DNA of 63,568 nucleotides from Alloascoidea hylecoeti (Eukaryota). Within the stretch, counting starts at the first letter, position 1. Each line of letters begins with the position of its first letter. The stretch is taken from the NCBI GenBank assembly GCA_001600815.1, contig BCKZ01000008.1:744433-808000 (forward strand), given 5' to 3'. A program made the position numbers and the translations under genes. Shown piece by piece: positions 23,408 to 35,123 of this stretch. Below the pieces are notes generated by a model, which ran no database searches, was not told where the DNA came from, and saw nothing but the letters and a program-made list of their open reading frames with translations.

Positions 23408-24986
23408 CTAGATACGAATTCCTCTCTGAAAAACAGGCTTATCACTATTTACCAATCTTTTTGCTGATGTCCAACCTTGTCCGGGAACAAAAATTCTTTT
23501 ATAAGGTCTCCCGTTTTTGTCAACCTTCCTCAAAAGAGTTGTTACCGTTTCCATCTGTTGTTGATCCGTCAAAGGCAAAAACGCGTTTTTTCCGACTTCT
23601 TTAGCACTATAGGTCTTTAAACTGGTAGAGTTTGGATTAATGTAAGATAAACTACGGGATGGACTTGACTTCTTGCTTGTAGGTGAGAAAGACACCTTTT
23701 TGTTCTCACTAATATTTTGCAGATTTTCAGACCCATCAAATCCAAATTTAACCGAAGGTTTATGATTCCCCTTTAATATGGTAGAAGGGGTGGTAACTTT
23801 GATATCACCAAACTTGACAATAGGTTCTTCTAAGACTTGCGATTGACTGGTATTACTCTTAACATATTCTTTGAATTTAGTTCTGCCAATTGGATCTGTG
23901 ATATCAAACATCTTGTCCCTTCTAGTCATTGGTGGATCAGCAGAAACGGGTCCATTGACTTTCATTATTGGTCTTTCAATCAAAGGTTGAGCAGCTATAA
24001 ATAAAAAATGTTAGGATGGTATCGAATTAGATATTATGCAAACAAACGTTCACCTACAATGAAATTCGGGGTATTTAAAATGGGGACGCACAAACCCATT
24101 TCGGTTGTCAATAATAGGACCCATAGAAGAATGCAATGATAGTTCAGGGTATTTAGTATATGGATGAGACGTAAAAGGTGGATTGATATTGTTCATTCCT
24201 CGAATTCCATGCGTGGTATGTAAGTCAAATAACTTTCTATGAATCTTCTCAAATTCTCTTCTAACGTCACCCCCTCTGTTCAGCCTTCCCTGTATGTTTT
24301 TAATTTCAGACCTTAAAGAAATAGAGATTTCAGAGACCTCAGCTCGCAACTTTTGCTCGGCCATCTTAATATCAAATATCTGAGTTTCACTTCGAGAGGC
24401 AATACTATTTTCTTTTTTGGGTAAAATACTGGTAACAAATCTCAAAACAACCGTAGCCTGCACAAGAAGACTTAAATATATGGCGATCGTAGTACCAAAA
24501 GTTTTAAACAACGAGTATTGAGACCCATTACGCATGGCATTTGAACCGGCCTCCTGGATACAGTGTAAAACATTAAAAGCCATTGCACCTTCTGAGTTTC
24601 CTTCTCTGCTTTCAATGCAACTAGATAAATATTGTTAGAACATGAAAATGTAGACTATGGAAGCTAAGCGCCATCAAGACATACCTCTTATAATGATTGT
24701 ATATAATTTCTGGGTATTCTTCCAAAGAAAGCTCCTCTTTGTACAGTCTCGCGAAGGTTAATAAACATTGAGCCCCATCAATCCTAGAGTCTCCAAAACA
24801 AGACACAAGATGGTTATAAGAAGCATGCTGATTCCATGAGATGGGTGTGGGATATGCGACCGAATGCTGGTATGAGGAAGCCAACAGGTAAAAAACAGAA
24901 GAGCTAAAAAGACTTAGGAGAAGCCAGAAAACATCACTATGAGGGATCTTGTTCTTGAAAACAAAAAATGATTTCCTTTGAAACAT
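23408..24986 (-). CDS. Three-exon hypothetical membrane protein (introns 24684-24621 and 24057-23995)
   Basis: GTATGT..CTAAC..TAG and GTAGGT..CTAAC..TAG introns join ORFs 24621-24992, 24050-24583 and 23408-23983 in frame. Two hydrophobic segments. Confidence 0.7.
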
Positions 24987-25262
24987 TTGCAAATTTAACT
25001 GGGGGAATAAATAAATTGTGGGTGGCGGAAAAGAAAGAATTTAGTGTTGCAAATCTTTGTGTTTTATACTCAAATGGGCCTACATATAAAATATTACACT
25101 ACTAATATTAATGTTTAGTTAAGTAGTAACAGTTTCATTGAGATTATAACTAAAAATTTAACATATAGGATATAAATAAGCTGTCGTTTATATTGATTCA
25201 AATATATTTTATTAATATTCATCTTCTCTGGTTGGTATCTAAACTTGATTTCAGATACACTT

Positions 25263-26216
25263 TTAATTGGCCTTCTTGGCTTTTCTAGCTAGAGCTCTTT
25301 CTGTAGCTCTTCTTTTGCGCTGTTCTCTGTCTTTTTTGGCAATTGGGCCTGACTCCGTATCTAAAATATAATCCCAAAATCGGAAAGAGGATGCATAATT
25401 TCCAATAAAGTATTTGTGGTGTAAGTCATGATGCTGAGCCCCAGCCCAGAATGGAAGGAAGTGATGTAACGAGATTGGGAAGTCATAACCGGAATGTGAA
25501 TCAACAGCTTGAAATAATCTCAATGCAACCCAAGTGCAAACTGTTATCAAATGGAGGTTTCCGATAGTAGCTGCATAAATGATTGGGAAGCCAACAGTAC
25601 CAAATCCTAAAGACATAACCTCAATAGGATGAGCATATTCAGCTGTGAATCCAAATGGAGCGGCATATCTATGATGAACCTTATGAATATATTTATAGAA
25701 AAACCCATAATGAAAAAGACGATGGAAAGTATAATGCCAAAAATCTTCAAGTACGAAAAACAAAGCGATTTGTTTAAGCATCACCATCAGAGGAGGGAAA
25801 GGCACACCAACTTCAATACCCAAATTTTGACATATTGGATGAAACCCCCAAATTGGCACCGCTTCAAGAAAGAAGTGCGATTTTAAAACATTTTTAAAGC
25901 ACTCCCATTGCTCCTTATCTGAGGGTATTTTATCAGGTTGTAATTTCCACTTTCTGAAATAAGGAATGCGATCAATGATATACCAAGGTAGACATCTACC
26001 GAAATATAAGCCTTCATGAACACAGAAGAATAGGAGTCCAGTAGCAAATAAATCATTACCAATAAACATATAATATGAAGCCCATAATCTTTCTAGTATA
26101 TTCAATTGAGCATTTTGTGAAATGAAATCAAAAGTTTGCATAATAGACATTGGTGTATAATCTGTTATATTCATGGCGTTAGTGTTACTAGTAACACCAT
26201 TAAGAACAGCAGACAT
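25263..26216 (-). CDS. ERG25: C-4 methylsterol oxidase
   Basis: His boxes [34 protein letters not shown]-type ER-retrieval tail. Confidence 0.96.
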   Translation of the reverse strand: MSAVLNGVTSNTNAMNITDYTPMSIMQTFDFISQNAQLNILERLWASYYMFIGNDLFATGLLFFCVHEGLYFGRCLPWYIIDRIPYFRKWKLQPDKIPSDKEQWECFKNVLKSHFFLEAVPIWGFHPICQNLGIEVGVPFPPLMVMLKQIALFFVLEDFWHYTFHRLFHYGFFYKYIHKVHHRYAAPFGFTAEYAHPIEVMSLGFGTVGFPIIYAATIGNLHLITVCTWVALRLFQAVDSHSGYDFPISLHHFLPFWAGAQHHDLHHKYFIGNYASSFRFWDYILDTESGPIAKKDREQRKRRATERALARKAKKAN

Positions 26217-26598
26217 GGTGAATCTAATCACTATTTGATGGAGAATTGTTAAACTTAAGGGACTTACTCCATATATATATACTAAAGATACAAAGACTAA
26301 TGTGACTAATTAATATTAATATTCCCACTGGAAATAAACAAATAGAATCGCTCAAACCAGGTGGTGTGCTTTTCTTTTTTGGTTGTTGCGTCGGTCCAGA
26401 TATAAATATCCGACACCGAGAGACGAGACTCGTACCTTATAACTAAGCAAAGTAAATGTAACTTGAGTAATCAATTACCCGATATTTCATCTGCACTAAA
26501 ATTACCCCGATTACCAATATGTGCGATGGGATCGGATCAAACATATGATTTCGGTGGTGGTCAAAAAATACTATGGTTTCATATAGCCCTCAGCGAGA

Positions 26599-26605
26599 TA
26601 AACGA
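26599..26605 (-). promoter_or_regulatory. Putative sterol regulatory element (Upc2-type TCGTTTA) upstream of ERG25
   Basis: TAAACGA on + strand, ~380 bp upstream of the ATG; TATA-like run at 26272-26280. Confidence 0.45.
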
Positions 26606-27149
26606 CTCAAACGAGTAAAAATAAATAAAACGTCTCACTAAAATATAAACTTTTCGCTTTACTGTAAAAACACTATATCCGAGCGTCATTGCAGTTTCTG
26701 TGATCCAATTGATTTCTACGTATTACAATTATAAATTATAGAAACTCTAAAATATAGTTTACAAGCCAAACAGCTCATCACAAGCTGAAGAATTTTGTTA
26801 AAGCTTAAGTATAAATGTTTATAAGTTATATCGTTATTTCAAATTTACCGTACTATATCCGTTATACTGTTGGGAGCTATACAATAGATGCTTGACTAAG
26901 TTTTATCTGGGGAAATAAAACCACGCATTATTTAGATATAGACTGCTCGCGATCGAGTTCAATAGTTTTAATATGTGTCGGCGCTGTCGTGTATTGGAAA
27001 AGAGGAGATAATTTTGAAAACTAAGAAAAAATAAAAACTGTTCAGAATCTAATTATGTATGGTTCCACTGCTTCATCTCTAAATTGGGGAGCAACTTGCA
27101 TGTATTTTCTTATCGGACATGAATGAAGAAAAATAACGGATTTGAATGT

Positions 27150-28200
27150 AACATAACACCACATTATTAATTTCATTTTAATGATGAATAAAGCTTATAA
27201 TAATTTTTGAGACAGGAAAGTAACAGCTTTTATTTTTTTCAAAACTTACACCAGCCTATATATATTGTAAGGTCATAAATTTTGTTGGAAGTTCAAACTT
27301 AAAATCTTATTATGATCCATTAATGTGATGTTTGAATTTAAATTCCCAATGATGAGAATAATTTCGTATGTTTAGCCGATGTATAAAAGATCCAGGATTT
27401 TCTTTGTTTATCTTTGCTAACAATTCCCACCATGTTTTCCAATTTTTTGGATCTTTATATTGAATCCGATGTTCCCAATTTGGTGTAAAAGGGACCAATG
27501 TGCTACTATAACGAGCGGCTTCCTGTCTAAATATCGTCATTTGTAAGTCCTGATCATCTTTGGTCTGTACATTTTGTATAACTAGGGGAACTCTTTCGGA
27601 ACATATTTTGTATGGTGTATTTACATCTAGGAGGGGTATCAATGTATTTGCTGACTTTGATTGTTTAAAATTTATGGAATCAATGTAACATTTTAGATAT
27701 TGTTCCTATCTATTATTTTCATTGAGTGTTCCTTTTTCCTTGAACGTATTTCTTTTACCGCCTTTTGTCTGTTATTTCCTTCAATAGCATAACCGCTTAA
27801 AAAGTGATACCAATTGTAATCAAAATTATGATTTTTTAAAAGTGTGAATACTTTTCCATTTCTATTTGACATTGAACTTTTCACATCTAGCTTATGGCCT
27901 CGCTCGCCTATAAATTACAAATCTAGACTCCGACACAAAAAGTAGGTCCAGTACCCATGACGCATGGATCTCTTGGTAATGTGCTTCAAGATTTAACAAA
28001 CCAAAACTAACCTCCTTTTTCAAGGAGCAATTGCAATATCGCTGGTGATATAAATAATTTTGGATTAGCAATTTAGTAACTAATCTCAATATTTGATCTA
28101 TTTGAGTTTTTGCAAGTGGCCAAAACTCGACCAAATAATTGAGTTTGGTGAATATAAAGGTATTGATTGCTTTTCTCAAACCATGGAACAAAAATTGAAA
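27150..28200 (-). mobile_element. 5'-truncated, degenerate L1-like LINE ORF2 (post-RT region)
   Basis: FHGLRKAINTFIFTKLNY..P..K..FGLLNL..HASWV matches the Gr..insl..skl.Y...pK..GGlGl....W block after non-LTR RT. Later W..W..L and WCKF (zinc-knuckle remnant); several stops and frameshifts. Confidence 0.7.
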
Positions 28201-28501
28201 TTAGGACCGAGGAGGATAACAAATAAATAAGAGCTTACACATTGTATTTTTTAAAATCCGTTAGAGATGAATGTGCATTTCCACATAAAACAACCACATT
28301 TCATCGTGAATCAGCTTTCCATAACCAACCTCATTATCGCGCACATTTTTTCCAGTGGCCATTAAGGCTCTATCTTAAACTTCTATATCTATAAATACTA
28401 TATTTATAACAACCAAAAAATAGCGAAAATAACAAAAAAACCTGTTGCACAAGCAGCACCTGCTCGATAAAATCAGGATAGAAGTAAACAAAAATGTTGG
28501 A

Positions 28502-28573
28502 GGGCCGAGCTGGGAATTGAACCCAGGGCCACTCGCACCCAAAGCGAGTATCATACCACTAGACCACACGGCC
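28502..28573 (-). tRNA. tRNA-Pro(UGG), intronless
   Basis: GGCCGTGTGGTCTAGTGGTATGATACTCGCTTTGGGTGCGAGTGGCCCTGGGTTCAATTCCCAGCTCGGCCC folds as a cloverleaf with A and B boxes. Confidence 0.97.
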
Positions 28574-28620
28574 AACTTCTCTGTTCTGTGAGTCCATTCT
28601 ACTACTACCTATGAGCTATT

Positions 28621-28757
28621 ATATATAGTAATCTACATAGCTTCTATATGAAAAGTTAAAAAAAAAAAAAAAAAGATTTCCTCAATTTAATAATTTTTAG
28701 CTAGAATAATTCAATTATTTTAATCAGAAATTATATGTAAAGTTAAAAAAAAAAAAA
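28621..28757 (+). repeat. Two tandem poly(A)-tailed repeat units upstream of tRNA-Pro
   Basis: Both end in TATATG(A/T)AAAGTT followed by A17 and A13; related to 29379-29458 and 58081-58167. Confidence 0.75.
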
Positions 28758-29198
28758 CTTTATGGGCTATTTAAAGTAACGTATACTTAATAGCATTTTG
28801 CAAATTGATAAATACAAGTGATTTGGTATATTTTAGCACAAATTTTTAAAAAAAGACATGTGTGATTAATATAAAGAATGCATTAAATATTTGAAGTAAT
28901 ATAGCGCTCCGACGAGTTAGCAACTCAGCACACTCGATACCTAGCTAGCGCTATACCACAACATTGCAATTGCAATTGCTCTAGATCTGTTTCATTAATT
29001 ATAATTATGTATAATATTCACAAATTATAAAACCAGCATCAAGGATAAACTATTATAAATACTATTATTAAAATATTCTTAATTTCATTATATTTTGATA
29101 ATATTTATTTTATATTTTCTCTGTAGATTGTTCTGTAGTGTGAATTTTCTTAAATATTTTTTCTGGATTTTCAACTGGAATATGGTCTTTCGATATTC

Positions 29199-29458
29199 AT
29201 AGTAATCTACATAAGTCTGAAAAAGTTTGGGTGGGTCAAAATGAGGAAGAGATGACCAAAAAAATCTAGGAAAACTTCATTTAATAATGAAAATTTTGCA
29301 GAAGAATTGAAATTCCCAGAGTTTTTAAAAGAAAAGTTCGAAATGTGGTTGGAGAAGCTAAAAACAGATAGTATGGGTGATTTCCGCAATTAAATAGTTT
29401 CTACAAGTAGCTAGAAATTTTAATTGGAACTTATATGTAAAGTTAAAAATAAAAAAAA
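29199..29458 (+). repeat. Longer copy of the same poly(A)-tailed repeat, with an ORF remnant
   Basis: ..EELKFPEFLKEKFEMWLEKLKTDSMGDFRN* then ATAGTTTCTA..TTTAATTGGAA..TATATGTAAAGTT and an A-rich tail. Confidence 0.6.
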
Positions 29459-29978
29459 CATGGCATATGAATTATACGTTTGGACAAATCACATCAAAGG
29501 ATACAAAGGAAGATTTTTTCATATTTCCACCACAGTCCCCAAAAATCCTTTGAAAACTATTGGAAGATGAATTCGTACATCTAGAGAGAAAGCCCTGATT
29601 AGAGATACCCTCTGGAGGTAACAAATAAAATCATCTATCGGCAGCTTGGAGCCAGTGAGCCCAATCCTGCAGATCGCAGAAAAACACTCAGACCACAAGG
29701 TTTACAAAAAGAAAATATTAAACAAATATTATCAGAATTATGAGATTAAGTATATTCAATGATTTATACATATTTGTTGTTGGTTTGTAATTGTGGTTGC
29801 AACAGAAGAATGATATGGTCTTAGTATGACGTTTACAGTATAAGTACAGACAATTGTAAATTTGTTTGTGGTGATTGTCAAGGTTCCAAGTATTTTGAGG
29901 GCCCTTCTTAATTTCACGTTTTTCACAGCTATAGTTTTATAGTTAAGTGACATTCATTTTGAAATTAGGTAAATGGAA

Positions 29979-32619
29979 TCATATTATCGGGTCTAGTTCA
30001 TTTTGTTGATCTTGTTGCATTTTTCTTTGGGCAAATGAAGTTCCTGTTTGAACCAAATCCATATCTATACGACCAGTAATAGGATCTGTTGCATAATCCT
30101 TAATAGCAGACCTTATCAATCTAACTGCCTCCTTGACATCATCAATCGTGACAGTATCAGACAGTCTCATTTTTGCATGTGCTTCCGATAAACGAATCAT
30201 GCTTTCTAATTGGCGTGTTGTAGCAGTAATACGGCGTTCTGAAGCACGGACATCTTCTCCCATCTTTCTCATCTCAACATAAGCCTTTACTAGTTCGTCC
30301 TTAGCGGACTGTGAAATGACAGGCTGACATTTCTGTTTAGCATATGAAATATACATTGTAAGGAATTCCACAGGAAGGATTTCATTTGTAGAACCATTCT
30401 CTTGGTAATCTTGAATATATAAACCGGTAATGTGACGGGCAAGAGCGCGATCTGTAGTCTCGTCAATTTTATCCAAAACTAAATACACTAAGTCAAAACG
30501 AGATAGTAACGTTGGAGGAAGATCGATGTTTTGAGTGACTGGCAAATCTGGATTGTATTTAGAGCCAATTGGATTCGCAGAAGCTAAAATGGAAGTTCTA
30601 GCATTCAGAGTCGTGATAATACCTGCTTTTGCAATTGAAACCGTTTGTTGTTCCATTACTTCGTGTAGAACAGAACGCGTGGCCTCCGACATTTTATCAA
30701 ACTCATCAATACAACAGATACCCCCATCTGATAAAACTAGTGCACCACTTTCTAATACTAGCTGTCTTGTATCCGGATCCCTCGAAACATAAGCGGTTAA
30801 ACCAACAGCCGAAGAACCTTTACCAGAGGTGTAAATACCACGAGGAGCAATTTTATGGACGTATTGTAAAATTTGAGATTTTGAAGTAGATGGATCACCA
30901 CATAAAAGAATATTGATATCACCTCTGTATCTTGGAGCCCCTCCTTTTTGAAATACTTTATTAGTGCCTCCAAACAGTTGAAGTAGAATTCCTTTCTTGA
31001 CATCATCCATTTCATAAACACTTGGTGCTAAGGATCTTGCAAGAACTTCATAAAGATCTTGTCGCTCTGAAGTTGCTTTGATTTCGACAATATCTTCTTC
31101 CGTAACCCTTCTTACTTCTTCAACATCGGTCTGTTGTTGTTGGGCAATTTCATCATCCAAATCAACAGTCGATATATCGATTCCCATACGTTTATTATCA
31201 ATTTTTCCAATGTAAAGCACATCCGCATAGGTTTTAAATAAATTTCTGACTGCTCTTTGTGTTCTATTTATTCTGACAGGAACAGATCTAAAAATACCAG
31301 TCACTTCAATTCGATCACCAGCTCTACATGTATCTACCAGTTCATCATACACACAGAGGGAAACAGAGTGGGGGGTTTGGCCATCAGGAACCAAATCAGG
31401 TGTTTCTTGTAGTTTGATTACTTGCTTATCAGCAAAACTGCAGCGGTTATAGATCATTTGCATAGTATTGTATTGACCACAGGCAGGTCTTGGACATCGA
31501 GTGGGTTCTGCTATAACACCTCTATCAACCTCAACATGAATAGTATGATTGCATATTCCACATTTAAAAAACCCAACTTTGAGATCAGGGATAATAGGGG
31601 TTGATCTCAAAACTAAACCTTTAACTGAAACTAATTTATCGATATCGTTGGGGTTAAGCTCTCTCATACCACGATGTGAATCAACATTGAAAGGTCGAAC
31701 TTTGTAAATATTTGTTTCGATTTGATCTAATTCCTCCTCTAGGTTGTTATCCACAACTAAAGACACCATACAATTTTTTACAGATTGATCCATGATGGGA
31801 ATAACTTCTTGTGGATAGTTTTGTAATTGATAGTATAGCTTCTTTGTAGAAGGATATGCTAATAGATTTTGGGCATCGATATTGAGGTTTGTAGTTCCAA
31901 GTTCTCTCATTTGATTCAGCATTTCAACATAAACCAGATTTTCACCATAACCAGCTAAAACCATTTGTTTATCAAATTTCATTCTATATTTCTCTTTGAA
32001 ATTTAACAGAAATTCTCGAAATTGATTAGAACATTCCTGAATACTGACATTGGTTCCCCAAATAACACGAACTGGCTCGTTTGCATTAGCTTCTGATGAT
32101 GGCTCTCCAACAGTTAAAGAAGCCGTTACTGGCTCACTCGATGGTATGCCAGAGTGAGCTTCTTCAAATAACCGATGTCTTCCTGGAGTAGATGATTGAT
32201 CTGCCGAGTTGATATCCCCGCGTTGAAATCTGTGCCGCGCTAAATCTCTGTCAGTATTCCCTCGTTCGGAAGATAGCGTGGATCTCATCTGACTAGCAGT
32301 TGATCTCAAACGATCGGAAGATGGGACAAATGGTACTGGTGATGATGAATATACCAATGGGGAAGACATATCTAAAGTGGTGTTAGTCTATGACAACACG
32401 ACAAGTTCGCATTATCTAATACTTACCAGCTAAACGAGATAGTCCAGAGGGTCTAGGGGTTGCGCCTTCAGATGGAGGAATTGGTGCTGGAGATGAAGAC
32501 GGAGGAAAGAACAATGGCGATGAAGCCATTGGAGATCTATGTTGCGTTGACGTTTGAAGAGAGTCATTCTCAGTATTGTGGGATTCAGACCCTTGAGTAT
32601 TCCTCGATGGTGATGACAT
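29979..32619 (-). CDS. MCM4: MCM helicase subunit 4; intron 32426-32372
   Basis: S/P-rich N-tail; IWGTNVS; Zn finger CGIC..C..C; Walker A GDPSTSKSQ; IDEFDKM; SRFDL arginine finger. Confidence 0.97.
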
Positions 32620-32657
32620 TATAAATTGCCACTGTAAGTGTTAAGTTATGATATGAA

Positions 32658-32743
32658 ACGCGTAAAGAAAATAAAACAGGAAGAAAGATAATGAATGAAA
32701 AAAACGCGAAAGCTGGGTGTACCAATTTTTAATATTGACGCGT
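32658..32743. promoter_or_regulatory. MCB cell-cycle elements in the MCM4 promoter
   Basis: ACGCGT at 32658 and 32738, ACGCGA at 32704. Confidence 0.7.
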
Positions 32744-32889
32744 CGCATACTAGCAAAAGCACTTACTCTGAAAAAACGCCCAATGAAAATATGCAAAACT
32801 TCGTACTATCACCAATATGTAGATAATTTTTGTTACTTTGTATATAATAATATATGATATAGAAAATAAAACATGAATGAAAACCGTCA

Positions 32890-34828
32890 TCATTTTTCCT
32901 TAGAGTTTACAGAGGAATGCAATTTTTTCAAGATATCGGGTTTTATGACCCATTTCTTTTCTGATTCCTTGGAACCTACCCTTAAACCAATTTCTTTTAA
33001 TGTATTTCGGATGGTTTCCTTAGAATATGTAGTGAATTCACGCTTTAGGATTTCAACAAGGACAATTTGATTAAAGTCACTACCTTCGACGCTTTTAGCA
33101 AATGCCAACAGATGTCCGGGATCAGTTATAAGCGATTTTGGTTTCTTTCGGGGCTGAAGGGTATTAACTACCTCCGATTTAGTTGTTTGACTGGCGACAC
33201 TGAGATCAGCTATAGGTGACATGTTTACCGTTACTTTTGGAATTGAGGGAAGCTCTGAATCCTTGGTGACATTGCTCCAATAATCTTTAAAGGGATCAAT
33301 GGAACCCTCGACGTTTTCTATTATTTTTTGTTAGTTCCATACCCAACCTCTTCTGATTATAAATATATAACTTACCACATAAAGACTCAATCTCCATAGG
33401 TTCATAAAATGAAGAATCCGACCCATCATTCCATTTCACTATTGGGACAAGTGGACCTATTATTCTTCGTTTTGCAGTAGAAATATCATCATAAGCCACA
33501 AACTCATCCATTTCTTCTATTTCATTTAGTTCATCATCACTTTCTTTGTCTTCGTTATCAAGATCTTCACCTTCACCCTCGCCTTCATCCTCATCACCCC
33601 ATTCTAAATCACTATCGTATTCATAGTTTAGTCCTGTTCCTTCTGTGAAATAGGGGTTATTACGTGGAATCCCTCCTTTAGGAACGTTGGAGAATGTAGA
33701 AATTACAGACGGTCGGATATTATCCCAGAAGTAAATATAATGTTGTGGAATTGACTTTATCATATTCCGAATACTATGTTCATCAACATCTCCAGAATTC
33801 ATGGCTTGCACGACATCAGCAGTGGTATATTTAGGTATAGTCCCTCGCGTTCTTCTCGTTCCTTTTATCCATTCTATCAGATCGGGACCTTCACCCGCGT
33901 CAATCCTTTTCACTGATTCTTTTAGAGAGTTCGGTGAGAGTGCTCCGATGTCAGCGAGACTTGTGCCTTCTTTTAGATAAAAATCCAGAAAGTGTTTATC
34001 ATAAGCAAGAGCAGTATTAACGTTTTCAGAAGACTGTGATTCCTGTGGCTTTATCTTCTTAACGGTAAAGAAATTTCCTAGTTTTAGTTGAGACTAAAAA
34101 TATTAATGTTAGTGATTGGAGAAGCAGTGACTTTCGATATCGATACATACATTTTCTTTTTTACGCTTCTCTTCTTCTTTCTTTAACTTTTCAGCCTCGA
34201 TAGATTTCTTTTTCTCCTCGCGCTCCTTTTCTTGAGCCTTCCTCTTTTCTTCTCTTTCCATTTCGAGTATTCGTTTCTTTTCCTCCCGTTCCCGTTCCTT
34301 AGCCTCCTTTTCAGCTTTTCTTTTCAGTATCTCCTGTTCCCGTTTTTCTTCTCGTAATCGTTTTTCTTCCTCTAAAACTTTCTTTTTAAGCTCCCTTTCT
34401 TGTAATCGTTGGTTTTTTTCCAGTTCTCTTTGAAGTTTCCGTTCTTCCTTCTCCTTTTCTTTTTGTTGCTTTGTCTCTTCACGTCGATGTTTCTCAACAA
34501 TCAATCTCGTTGAAGATCTCAGTCTCTTCTTAGGAGTATCGTTATTATCTAATAGACAAAGATCTGTATTATCTTTAGCTTGTTCCTGAAGTGGTCTCTT
34601 TGTTTTTGCCGCCAAAGAGCTTGGGGTAAAAATCTCTTCATTTAGAGGAATTTGAGTTGCAATATTATGATCTGAAGTTAAATTTTTTGAACCATCTTCT
34701 GCAATATCTTCACTACCATAGTACTGTGAGGTTTGTGAGGTCTGTAGTTGTCTATTACCGTCGACGGAGCTAAATGAAGACGAACACGACATTTCTAAAC
34801 TAACACTGGCATCTCCTGACATAGTCAT
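32890..34828 (-). CDS. RLF2: CAF-1 large subunit (Cac1); introns 34150-34094 and 33375-33318; start uncertain
   Basis: KER helix; PIP box QLKLGNFF created by splicing; YEYDSDLEW acidic CAF1A motif; IDPFKDYW; C-terminal WHD ending KKWVI. Confidence 0.9.
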
Positions 34829-35123
34829 TAAATGTATTAGCCAACTATTGTGTAATGAATAAGGCAAGCGACTCCAAAGTGATTTCTGTTTTTCTTTGGT
34901 TAAATAAAAAGAGCTAACGGCTATGCTTTTAAGACTTATAGGATATTGATACAAAAGTATATCTGTGAAACGCGAAAAAGGAGAATTGAGGAAACAAACC
35001 GAAGTGTCCAGCACGTGATGTTTCGAAGGTTTGTAACGTAAATCCATCAAAAATCAGTCTTGATAGCATGTTAGCTAACATCACATTTCAAAGAGAGCAC
35101 TCAAAATACGGCCAGTGAAGAGT

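Noticed and set aside
28375..28575. 66-aa ORF
   Set aside because: It is a translation of the tRNA-Pro gene and its trailer.
28621..29458. CRISPR-like array
   Set aside because: Irregular spacing, degenerate poly(A)-ended units, eukaryotic context, no cas genes.
34829..35050. N-terminal extension of the 313-aa ORF
   Set aside because: Non-ATG start; overlaps the RLF2/SLX4 divergent promoter with its MCB-like site.
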